Origin: Octopus vulgaris
Taxonomy: Eukaryota
Direction of reading: 5' to 3'
Length of the DNA stretch: 64,000 nt
Assembly: GCA_951406725.2 (NCBI GenBank)
Contig: OX597829.1
Location: forward strand, 40,238,001 to 40,302,000
Made by a program: the position numbers and the translations under genes. The notes under the pieces were generated by a model, which had not been told where the DNA came from, did no database searches, and worked only from the letters and a program-made list of their open reading frames with translations. The stretch's first letter is position 1; every line of letters starts with the position of its first letter. Shown here piece after piece: positions 38,415 to 50,788 of this stretch.

Positions 38415-39535
38415 TTTGTCTAACTACTTAGACAACCTTGACGTTAGTAGATTCTGCCCCACCAGGTCACAGAGGGGAAGACCACCCGGCATCACCTCAG
38501 CAGTGAAGAAAAGCCCCACAGAGCGCTTGAGTGTCTGAACCATACCAACCCAGAACCCTGAGAACAACAGTCAGGTGAAAAGAATGATGGTTCATGCAGT
38601 AGGGGCTAGCATAAGAACCACCTTGAAGAGACACATAGTAAAGTTTAACAGGAAACTATACATGCAGGTTCAAGGTGCGGCCATTGGTGTCGGTGTGGCT
38701 AGAGATGTGGCCAGCTTCTTCATGACCTGGTGGGACAGAAAACTTAAAGAATCCTTAGCAGAACAATCTACAACTATGTTACTTTACTGTAGGTATGTAG
38801 ATGACATTAATATTCTACTTAGGACAAACTCCAGTAACTGCAGTGTGGAAACCAAGAGGAGTATAATGGAGAGCATCCAGCACTAAAGTATCAAATTAAG
38901 TATAGATAGCATCATATGTAACGAAACCAGTGGTACCTGCCCTAGATATAGAAGTAAAGACTAGAATAGGATACAAAGAGTTTGTGACAAAGCAAACAGG
39001 GTGAACACATGGTATAAAACCGACAAATATCAAGGAGTGATGTTTGTTGAAGCCACAGCCCATGGAGAACTAGCCTGAAGATTTAGGAAAGCTGTGAAGG
39101 AGGCCAAACTCAACATTAAGATTGTTGAAAAGCCAGGGAGTTCCGTTAGATCATGACTATGTAGGACACCGCATGCACAGATGATAACTGCATAGTATAT
39201 AAGATTAACCCTGGCATTATCTGTAGAACTAGAAATGTAGTCTACAGCATAAGGTGCATAGAATGTGCTTGTAAAGACAAGAACATGACATACATTGGTG
39301 AAACATCTAGAAGCATTGCGGAGAGACTAAATGACCATTTGAAACAATTTGACAACAAAAAACAGTCCTCCATGTCAAAGACCAGCTTGTCAAAGACTAA
39401 CATGGAGGGAGGCACACTGGGTTAATGTGAGATCTACATTTTATCCAAGCACCAAAGGACCCAACACTCAGACAAGTACAGGAGTATGTCCTCATAAATG
39501 AAACATCCCCAGTACTAAATGGGAAATATACATAG
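38411..39535 (+). mobile_element. Penelope-like retroelement remnant (RT plus C-terminal GIY-YIG endonuclease), Naiad-like
   Basis: RT: QVQGAAIGVGVARDVASFFMTWWDRKL..LYCRYVDDI. Linker: TWYKTDKYQGVMFVEATAHGELA..IKIVEKPG, then Cys-rich CTDDNCIV..ICRTR. GIY-YIG: NVVYSIRCIEC..YIGETSRSIAERLNDH..DPTLRQVQEYVLI..LNGK. Internally deleted with stops. Clade call from remembered motifs. Confidence 0.88.
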
Positions 39536-40170
39536 AAGGTAGTCGTACTCCAATACCCACAGTTTATATATGTACAGGTAGAGTTGTTAGTAGGCTGTTA
39601 TGTACATGTATATATATATGTGTATGTGTATAGGTGTTGGTAAATGGATATGTAAGTAAACAGATAAGGAGGTACATAGGTAATGCGGACACATACACAC
39701 AATACATACAAACAAATACACATGCAATATGTGTATATATATATATATATATAAGATAAATAATATATATGTATATACACATATTTTGCTTGTTTCAGTC
39801 ACCGGACTGCAGCCAGGCACTGTCTTGAAGGAGTTTGCTCAAGCAAATTAAACTATTTATATTTAAGCCTGGTACTTATTCTATCAGTGTCTTATACCAA
39901 ACTGCTAAGTTACAGGAACATAAACAAACCAACACTGTTGTCAAGTGATGGTGGTGGTGGGAGATAAATGTAAACACATTAACTAATTAACTAACACACA
40001 TATATGGACAATAGGCTTCTTTCAGTTTCCATCTACCAAGTCCACACATAAGACTTTGTTTGGTTTGTAGCTAATGTAGAAAACACTTACCCAAGATACT
40101 GTGCTATGGGTCTGAACCCAAGACCACATGGTTAGGAAGCAAGCTTCTCAACCATTAGGCCACCCCTATG

Positions 40171-40201
<31 letters not shown>

Positions 40202-40308
40202 GAAATTAATATTCATGTTCCTTTGTTTTTCTTTTTGTTAATAGTAATTATATATCTCCCCACCCAAAAAAACAAAACTTTCTCCCTCTACTAACTTTGA
40301 TGTTATAG

Positions 40309-40474
40309 AAAAAGCAGCCGCTATGGTGTCTTGACATCCAGTTTGAATGCCTGTGACTTGTATGTGACTATTTGCGGTAACAACCACCTTTCTTAGCAAT
40401 GACATACCAGCCATTCCAGATGTCCACTGAATTATGAAACGACCACTTTCGAAAATGCTGCTGTTGCTGCCATG
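40309..40474 (+). other. Candidate 166-nt exon (5'UTR/start-codon exon?)
   Basis: ctaac branch point plus tag acceptor (40307-08). Ends GCTGCCATG|gtagga. Higher-GC unique island. Possible start MKRPLSKMLLLLP, or ATG right at the donor. Confidence 0.22.
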
Positions 40475-41642
40475 GTAGGAGCCACAGCAGTAGATTGGTA
40501 GAACCAGTAGAGCATAGGACACTATTTCTTATTAGTTTAATAGCACTTTATGTCCTGAGTTCAAATCCTTCTAAGGCTGATTTTTCACTTTTCTTCTGTA
40601 TGCGGGGTCGATAAAATATAATACCAGTCAAGCAAAAATACTGGGGATGATATAATCAATTAACCCACTCTATTTAAATTTTGGGCTTTGTGCCTATTTC
40701 AGAAATAACTAGGTTAGCAGACTGGCAGAACTGTTAGTGTTGGACATAGTGGTGGTGCCTTGTGGTTTTTCAACTCTTTACATTCCGGGTTCTAGTCCTT
40801 TCAAGGTCAACTTAGCCTTTTCATCCCCTTTGTATTGATAAAATGAGGTAGCAGTTTAACTGATCAACCCTTCTTGAATTTGAAGCCCTTTTCCTATGTT
40901 ACAAAATAATCGTTATTATAGGTGCAAGTGTGGCTGCATGATATGAAGTTTGCTTCACAACTACATAGATAAGTGACTTCTACTATAGATTTCGGCCAGC
41001 CAAAGCCTTGTGAGTGGATTTGTTACATAGAAACTGTAAAAAGCTCAACTCTCATGTGTGTGTGTGTGTGTGTGTGTTAGTTCCTCACCATCTCTTGCAG
41101 TTTGACAACTGGTATTGCCTTGTTCATGTCTCTGTAATTTCATAGTTTGGCATAAGAAACTGATAAAATAAGTACCAAGTTTTTAAAAATAAATACCAGG
41201 GGGAATTCCTTTGGTTTAAAACCCTTCGAGGCAGTACCCCGGCATGGCTGAAATCTAGTACCTGAAACAAGTAAAAGAGACAAGATTTCTTCATTTCTTT
41301 TAATGCAACTCCACCTTCAGTCGATCAAATCAATTCCAATATTTTATTTTAAATCTGAGCATTTAGTTTGCTGTTTTTTTTGTTTTTTTTTACCAAAGCA
41401 CTACATTACCTAGAAGTAAGCAAACCAGTGCCTGTTATGTGATGAGGGCACAAACAGATGCAGACTCACAAACACGCATATATATATTTATATATACTCT
41501 TTACCAACATCGACTTTGCCTTTCGTCCTTTCAAGGTTGATAAATTGAGTACCAGTGAAACACTTGGGTCAATGTAACCGACTAACCCCCACCTCTAAAA
41601 TTTCAGGCCTTGTGCCTATAATAGAAAGGATTATTATTATTA

Positions 41643-41685
<43 letters not shown>

Positions 41686-42810
41686 GGCAGAATTGTTAGC
41701 TTGCTGGGCAAAGTGTTTAGTGCTTTTTCATCTGTCTCTACCCTCTGAGTTCAAATTCTGCCGAGGTTGTCTTTGCTTTTCATCCTTTTGGGGTCAGTAA
41801 CATAAATAGTTGAGCACTGGGTGGGTCAATGTAATCAACTTACTCCCTCCCCCAAGATTACTGGCTTTGTGCCGAAATATGAAACCATTATTATTGTTAT
41901 GATTATTATTATTATGATGATTATGATGATGTTAGCAATGATAAAAAGTTATAATATTAGTAGATAAATGAAATAGATTGTTTAACCTCATTCTTCTATC
42001 TTCTGGGTGTTCAAATTCCACTAAAATACACTCCTGCTTGGTAAAATAGGTTGGTGTTGTTGTTTAGCTCCATACCAGTGCTGACTGAACAAAGTTGTAT
42101 AATCAAAGGTATTTCAGCTATGATCATTCCATCTTTTTCTTTATCAGATAAGGTTGTAATATGAGGGAGATTTAGAGGCCATCCTACCAAATTGTTTTTC
42201 TAAAATGGCCTTGTACCTAGTCAAAAATTATTATTATTATTATTATTATTGAGCAAGAGAGCAATTCATGCCATCAAAGTGACACTGGGGTAAAATACAT
42301 GAGGCCCAATATACCAATCATGACTACCTGTCAGGTAAGGGTCCACCAGGCACATGCATTGCAGCATCACAACCAAATGTGCACAACATGCTGATGCTGA
42401 TCTCATATCAAGATAAACGGTGCATCATAATGCAGGTAGGGCACTTTTGGAATTTTCTTCAGGTTGAGTAGCCCATCCTGCCCAAAAGGGCCCTGAATAA
42501 GGGTTGTTTAAGGCTGCTAATTTAAACAACCATATTTCCAGAGGTGAATTATTCAAACCCCACAAAGAATCCCTCTCAACACATGGCTAGGATGCTCCCC
42601 TACTACTACTACTGCTCGTGATCAGAGATGCACATATTGTCAGCCACTAAGGGACATGCTCAACTGGTTAAGGTCAAACAATTGATGAGCAAATCTGTGG
42701 TATTGAGCAGAATATTTGCTGTAGCCCATCTTTTATATCAAGACAACAATGTACATGATAACACTTCCAATCAATTAAGATTATTATTATTATTTTTATT
42801 ATTATTATTA

Positions 42811-42891
<81 letters not shown>

Positions 42892-43322
42892 GTGGTGGTG
42901 GTAGTAGTTATAGCAGTAGTAAAATCACTGAGGTCTGTGTCTCTGGATTCACTTGTATGACATTCTTGACAATAATATCTGTTAATTTCTCTCCAGGGCC
43001 CTTATTATGGATTGTAGTTACATCCAATATTACTAATATACCATTCTTCTTAGTATTCTTACATCATTGAAAACTATGTCTTTGAATTCATATGTTTCAT
43101 ATTTCTGGCAAGGTAATTTTTCATCATGTTTACCATTCATAATGTCCTGTGGACCACAGTTGGATCATAACTCATTAGAAATGGCAGCCAAATTTCCCTA
43201 ACCTCACACCTTCCTAAAACAATATCCTATTATCTTGGATTTATGATTAATAGGGATGTTCGTTATTAGAATACTTTTAATCATGGGTCTACTCAATTAA
43301 GGTGGAAACTGTAAGAAACCTG

Positions 43323-43372
<50 letters not shown>

Positions 43373-45224
43373 CACTGGCTGTGTGGTAAGTAGCTTGCTT
43401 ACCAACCACATGGTTCCAGGTTCAGTCCCACTGCGTGGCACCTTGGGCAAGTGTCTTCTACTATAGCCTCGGGCCGACCAAAGCCTTGTCAGTGGATTTG
43501 GTATATGGAAACTGAAAGAAGCCCATCGTATATATGTATGTATATATATATATATGTGTGTCTGTGTTTGTCCCCCCAACATCGCTTGACAACCAATGCT
43601 GGTGTGTTTACGTCATCGTAACTTAGCGGTTCAGCAAAACAAACCGATAGAATAAGTACTAGGCTTACAAAGAATAAGTCCTGGGGTCGAATTGCTCGAC
43701 TAAAGGCGGTGCTCCAGCATGGCCACAGTCACATGACTGAAACAAGTAAAAGAGCAAAAGAGCATGCATTTGTATGTATTTGTCCCCCACCATTGCTTGA
43801 CAACTGGCATTGGTGCTTCTACATCCCCATAACCTTGCAGTTCAGCAAATGAGACCAATAGAGTTAAGTACCAAGCTTCAAACAATGTTGTGGGAGTGAT
43901 TCATTTGACCTAAATTCTTTGATGTGGCGCTGCAGTCTAATGACTGAACCAAGTAGGAGATAGAAGGTATGAGGAATTACCATTCTTTTATGATGATTTT
44001 TTTTGTGTGTGGAATGTTAAATATTTTCATTTTCCTGTCAAAGCAAGACATTTTTCTTTTTTATATAATTTTATTGTATCACTTTTTTTTTTCCTTCCTC
44101 ATACAAAAAGTTTGTGCCTGCCAGGCTTCAGTTTTATCAAACAGCCAGGTATATGATATCTTCAAGGTTACAAAACAGTTCAATAAATTCGATAAAGTCT
44201 ATTTCACCTAGCCCTGAAACTCTCTTACTCTCACCCTCTCCTTCTGCATTTTAGAATTCTTTTTTTCTTAACATACTAACAACTCATACACTTTATGCTT
44301 GACCGCATTCAGTCACTGGCCATTTGTCACACAGTCACGCACTGCTTCCACTGGAGTTTCTCATTAAAGATATGCTTTAAAAAAGGGAGAGGGGCTGCCA
44401 GAGGGCAGTAACAGTATAGAAATAGTATTGACACTTAACAAGTCCTTAACAAAAACATTTAGTTTTTCTTTTCTTATTCAGCCCTGGCTGTTTGTCTGCC
44501 CCGTTTATTTGTCTAGATGGCTATACATCTATACATCAATCTGTCTTCATATCTGTTTATATACATATGTAGATAGATTGACAGTGAGTTAGACAGAGAC
44601 CCATATAATAAAGACAAGTAGACAGATAGGTAGGTAGGTACATCTGTGCCTATCTATGTACCAGCCTGTTCGTCACTCTGTCTCCTTTTACCTGTTTACC
44701 TGTCTGTTAATCTAGCCTTCTGGTAGTCTACTTAGCTGTCTGCCTAGCTAATTAGCTGTCAGTCTGTCTGTACTTACCTGTCTATTTGTCTACAGAACGA
44801 CATATCAGTCTGCATAGCCTTTTGTCTTCTTACTTTTCTCCCTTTCTATATACCTAGCTGTGGCTGTATCTCTTTGCCTGTGGCTTTTAAAACTGGTAGT
44901 TGAAAGTGTTTCATTTCATTACTACTTTATTTATCAACCTTAAAAGGATGGATATCTATGTTGACCTTTGTCATAATGATGCTAATTATAATTGTTCTTG
45001 GCACAAGGCCTAAAATTTTGTGGGGCAGAGTTTGTTGATTTAATCAGCTTCCAGTGCTTGACTGGTTCTTATTTTATCAACTCCCCAAAAAATGAAAGGC
45101 TAAGTCTACCTCAGCAAAATATGAACTCAGAATCTAAAGACAGACGAAATGCTAATAAGCATTTTGTCTTGTGTTCTAATAATTCTGCCAGCTTGCAGCC
45201 TTAATAATAATAATAATAATAATA

Positions 45225-45271
<47 letters not shown>

Positions 45272-45714
45272 GATAATGATGATGATTGCTAATATTTGTA
45301 CAAAGTCACAAACTTTTAGAAGCTGGCTATATTTGATTTGAATCAATGCTAGTTCATTACTGGTACATATTTTATTGGGCCTGGCTCAATCAGAGATGGA
45401 AGAGCAGTGCTTAAAGATTTGTTTTGGGGGCTCCAAGACTGGTAGGAGGGTGAAAGAGAGAGATGATGGAATTATAAATCATTGAAAACCTAGACCTAGA
45501 TACTTACAATAGAGTGGGCTCTTCTAAAGACATTACCCAAGAACCATATAGTTGCATTGTTACAGCAAGTTATCAATTATATCTACCACCCAGCAGCAGG
45601 AATGGTCTCTGTAACATGCTTCTATGAGAGGAAAGCGAGGTTGATACTGCACGGATCTCCACTTTAAAGTCATCATGCAAGTCATCAATCGTCCTTAAGG
45701 ATGATTTAGCTGCT

Positions 45715-46518
45715 CCTTGGGATGAGTCGGACAACTGTATCAATGATTGTACATAATAAGGACAAGATTTTATCACATATCAAGTCTGAAGCCCCAGGGA
45801 TGAAGAACACTGTCATCAATAAGAAAAGAGGCAAAGTCTTTGAAGAAATGGAAAGTCTTCTTTCTCTTTGGATTGCTAGGTTGAATCGTCAGCGTGCTAC
45901 TATTAGTCAAGAAATCATTCAAGAGAAAGTGTTGTCTTTGTTTGAGGTCCCGAAGAAAAAATATCCAGATGAAAAAGATGTAGAGTTCAAGGCAAGTCAA
46001 GGATGGTTCATGAGATTTAAGGAGCGAAGAAGTTATCACTCCATTAAGAAGCAAGGTGAAAGTGCATCAGCTGACAAACAAGCAGCAGTGGAATTTCCTA
46101 TTTAAATTATTTTAATTTTTTTTTTTTACTATTGCAAAATAATAATTACAGAATGTGTTTTTTAAGCTTAAAAAAAAAAAAGGCTTTTATTTTATCATGT
46201 CTTATTGCAAACCACATTCATAAATAAAGCATCCACGATGTATGGTAAACACTGCCAAATTGAATTTGTAAATTTTGATTACTTTTCTTTTACTGTACTG
46301 TATTAAAAAATAAAAATTACTTGGTTGTAAGCTTAAAATAGGTTTTTATTAACCATGTATTATTGAAAATGCATTCGTAAATAAAATACAGAACTGGGAA
46401 TGGTAATTATTGATTTAGCCTGGAGACAAGTAAATTCAGCCTAGCCTAGAGACAAGTTAATTCGACTTAAGTCATGTCTCTTGGAACCAGTTAATGACGT
46501 AGGGCGAGATATGCCTGT
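45715..46518 (+). mobile_element. Tigger/pogo DNA transposon remnant (CENP-B-type HTH region; DDE domain deleted)
   Basis: ORF 45722-46105: SRTTVSMI..EEMESLLSLWI..IQEKVLSLF..FKASQGWFMRFKER..GESASADKQAAVEF. Terminal-like cgacttaagtc..gacgtagggcgagatatgcctg at ~46463-46517. Confidence 0.88.
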
Positions 46519-46527
46519 GTGTGTATG

Positions 46528-46567
<40 letters not shown>

Positions 46568-46996
46568 CACCAACATATGCATGTACGGGGCGACTCAAGT
46601 GTTTGTAATTCATTTATGTTTAAATTTACTGCACCACATACAATATGTATATAGGAAATATATGTATGTTAGGTTTGAAAAATCACATCTGGTATACTAC
46701 AAATAAAAAAAAATTTAATTACAACAAATTTATGAAAATTTTAGACCCCTTTGTGACTTTGTGGCCACCATGTACTTGTTTGTATGTTTGTGTCTCCTTG
46801 TCTTGACATCCATGTGTGTTTGTAAATGGATGTCATTCATTTCCAATATACTGCAAAAACATGTCTGGCCATGGATAAATATTTAGTCTGCTTGGAAACA
46901 GGTAGAAGGTTGGTGACATGAAGGGCATCTGACTGTGAAAAAAATCTACCTCAGTAAACTCCAACCCATGCATGCATGGAAATGTGGACATTATAA

Positions 46997-47402
46997 CGAT
47001 GATGAGAAGGAGGAAGATGGTGAAGAAAAGGAAGATGATGAACAGGAAGAAAAGGATGATGATGATGAAGAAGAGGAAGATGATGAACAGGAAGAAGAAG
47101 AGAAAGATGAAGAAAAGGAAGATGATGATGATGAAGAGGAAGATGAAGAAAAGGAAGATGAAGAATAGGAAGATGATGAACAGGAAGAAGAAGAGAAAGA
47201 TGAAGAAAAGGAAGATGAAGAAAAGGAAGATGAAGAAGAGGAAGATGATGAACAGGAAGAAGAGAAAGATGAAGAAAAGGAAGATGATGAGGAAGAAGAG
47301 GAAAAGGAAGATGATGAACAGGAAGAAGAAGAGAAAGATGAAGAAAAGGAAGATGATGAAGAAGAGGATGATGAGGAAGAAGATGATGAAGAAGAGGAAG
47401 GA
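46997..47402. repeat. Purine-rich (GAA/GAT/GAG) triplet array grown from a SINE C tail
   Basis: Follows ccatgcatgcatggaaatgtggacattataac. Higher-order units gaagatgatgaacaggaagaagaagagaaagatgaagaaaag. Confidence 0.9.
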
Positions 47403-47941
47403 GAAACTATGATAGAAGATTATTTCTTCAAGTGCCATGTAGTGCAGTTGAATGAAAACTATGGAGAACTGCAAGACAAATTCCTTACTCAAACAAACCA
47501 TACATACATTCTGCTGGGACTTGAACTCAAGGGGTAAAGGAGTGTAAATAATAGCAAACAGCAGAAAGGCATTCAGTCTATCTTTGCCACCACAAGTGTA
47601 GATAATAAAAACACCAAATATTTTTTGAAGTACAGCCCCCCCACTTCACAAAACTTTCTCTCCCTACAAACTGCTTTCTCCACCCAGGGACTACTCCCAG
47701 TGACTCACCCAGTGATCCTAACAATATCGTATGGCTATGTTTAAATCATCAATTTAGTTATTCCCTCAGTTGTGAGGTAAACTAAACGGCTTCATGTAAG
47801 CCTTTATGATTTCAGCATGCTCTTTGCTAGTTAAAAGCACATGTATTATATAAGATAAATGATTAGGAAATGAGGTGATTGTATGTCATATAAAATGTGT
47901 ATGTGTGTGTGTATGTTTGTATGCATATGTTTATGTATGTA

Positions 47942-47990
<49 letters not shown>

Positions 47991-48703
47991 TTTACTCTTT
48001 TACTCTTTTACTTGTTTCAGTCATTTGACTGCGGCCATGCTGGAGCACCGCCTTTAATCGAGCAACTCGACCCCGGGACTTATTCTTTTTGTAAGCCCAG
48101 TACTTATTATATCGGTCTCTTTTGCCGAACCGCTAGGTGACGGGGGACATAAACAAACCAGCATCGGTTGTCAAGCAATGCTAGAGGGGACAAACACAGA
48201 TACACAAACACACACACACACGGGCTTCTTTCAGTTTCCGTCTACCAAATCCACTCACAAGGCTTTGGTCGGCCTGAGGCTATAGTAGAAGACACTTGCC
48301 CAAGATGCCACGCAGTGGGACTGAACCCGGAACCATGTGGTTGGTAAGCAAGCTACTTACCACACAGCCACATATATGTATATATATATATATACAACAT
48401 TTTAATATGACATTGTATGTTTTATTACCCCAAATTTTTAATTTAACAAATTTTTACCAAATGTTTTATGATTTTTAAGCGTAAATTCAATGTGTTATAT
48501 ATGCAACACTGATTCTTATATATTTATATATTTTAATATGATATATACATATATATATTTATATATTACTATATTTTTAAACTTCGGACTTTGTATCTGT
48601 TCTGTAGATATATATGAATATATGTATGTGTTTGATCTTTCTGTGGATTTTGTAATGTTCCTTTAGTTGCTGCTCACATAGCCTCCCCTCGGATTAATAA
48701 GTG

Positions 48704-48743
<40 letters not shown>

Positions 48744-48931
48744 CATATGCATGTAGGTATGTGTATGTCTCTCTCTTTATCCACACACACACATGGATAT
48801 ATATATATATATATATAAGGCGGTTCCACAGCATGGCCGTAGTCAGATGACAAAAACAAGTAAAAGAATATGTATGCGTGTAAGAAAAAGGAGATGACAA
48901 AGGAACAGACATTTATCTTATGCACTTCACT

Positions 48932-49005
48932 AGCTTACAGCTGTTTCCACAGCTGGACCAATAGTTGAGTGCCTGAGTAACACATTACACCTTCAATCAG
49001 AACCT
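48932..49005 (-). ncRNA. Degenerate hammerhead-like motif
   Basis: Minus strand: GGUU-CUGAUUGA-AG..(about 41 nt)..GAAAC-AGCU-GUA-AGCU. Palindromic ACAGCUGU helix III is intact, but the core has an extra U and helix II pairs poorly. Confidence 0.35.
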
Positions 49006-49080
49006 GATCTATATCTATCTGTGTATATCTATCTGTATATATGTATGTGTGTCTCTCTCTCACTCACTCTCTCTCTCTCT

Positions 49081-49139
<59 letters not shown>

Positions 49140-49210
49140 CTCTTTGTAATGTTGGCAAATGAAATAAGTATAAAAATGTACGTTGTCCATTTAATTAAAA
49201 AAATTCTATA

Positions 49211-49298
49211 TGTGGCTGAAGATTGCTCGACATTTTAAAACTGATGCAATATTTACAGTGTTTAATAAAATGAAGTAGCATGAAACGATTGTACTACA
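49211..49298 (+). ncRNA. Type I hammerhead ribozyme with long helix II
   Basis: UGUGG-CUGAAGA-U-UGCU..CAUUUUA..UAAAAUG..AGCA-U-GAAAC-GAUU-GUA-CUACA. Helix I 5 bp with one G.U. Helix III ACGAUUGU is one change from ACGAUCGU. Predicted cleavage after 49293. Lies in a ~190-bp insert between (TA)n and (TATG)n. Confidence 0.7.
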
Positions 49299-50300
49299 CT
49301 ACCTTGGATATCTTTGTTGCTTATTTTGATTATGTATGTATGTATGTATGTATGTATGTATGTACATAGGTGCAAGAGTGGCTGTGTGGTAAGTATCTTC
49401 CTTACCAATTATATAGTTCCGTGTTTAGTCCCACTGCATGGCACATTGGGCAAGTGTCTTTAGGCCAACCAAAGCCTTGTGAGTAGATTTGCTAGATGGA
49501 AACTGAAAGAAGCCCGTTCTATATATGTGTGTGTTTGTGTGTCTGCGTTTGTCCACCCCACCCCAACAAACGCTTGTCAACCGGTGCTGGTGTGTTTATG
49601 CCCCCATAACTTAGAAGTTCGGCAAAAGAGACCGATAGGATGAGTACTCGGCTCACAAAGAATAAGTCCTGGGGGTAATTTTGTTCAACTAAAGTCAGTG
49701 CTCCAGCATGGCAGCAGTCAAATGACTGAATCAAAAGAACACACACACACACACACATACATATATAAGTGACTAAGGCAGTGAGCTGGCAGAAACATTA
49801 GCACACCTGACGAAATGCGTATCCGTATTTCGTCTGCCGCTACGTTCTGAGTTCAAATTCTGCTGAGGTCGACTTTGCCTTTCATCCTTTCGGGGTCGAT
49901 AAATTAAGTACCAGTTATGCACTATGGTCGATATAATCAACTTAATCCGTTTGTCTGTCCTTGTTTGTCCTCTCTGTGTTTAGCCCCTTGTGGGTAGTAA
50001 AGAAATACATATACAAGTGACTAACCAAATTTATCAGCTGTTCACTCAGTGCTAGCAGACCAGCCTTAGGAATGTGAGAGGAACATTCAGACTCAATGAT
50101 ATGTGTGTGTATTATACGTGTGTGGGTATAGATAGAGTGGTGAACCAATCTGCTCACAAACCTCAAAAAGCGTACTCTCTACATAAAATAGAGGATGTAT
50201 ATGTTATCAGCAGCTGAAGCTTCCTGAATTATTACTTTGAGTTTCACACTGGTAATTATTCAAATGATATTCAATTCATGACGTATCAGGTTCTAATACT

Positions 50301-50332
<32 letters not shown>

Positions 50333-50750
50333 ATGAGTATATATATATATATATGTGTGTGTGTGTATATATATATATGAGTATATATGTGTATATATAT
50401 GTGTGTGTGTACATATATATGTGTGTATATATATATATGTGTATATATATACTCCCACATACACAGAGCAAGTTCCTGTAGAAGTGGTTGAATGGCTTCT
50501 ACTTGAAGTGACTTCAAATTTTAAATTGCTGGGGAAACCTTGACCATAAGGGCCAGTCTTTCAGATATGTTATTTCTCAGAATGGTACCAGGATCTTAAT
50601 GATTATAAAGTGAATACCCTAAACATTTTTCTCTATGCATTTTATTTTGTGTGTATGTGAGATATGCATACATACATACATACCCCTGCCACCAAGTAGG
50701 TGGCCAGTCAAAATTTGCTCTAAAATTAAAGAGTTAGATAACATACAGAT

Positions 50751-50788
<38 letters not shown>

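Noticed and set aside
39076-39156. In-frame TGA codons as selenocysteine in the Naiad-like ORF
   Set aside because: Not at Cys-motif positions, the element has other stops and frameshifts, and no SECIS was identified.
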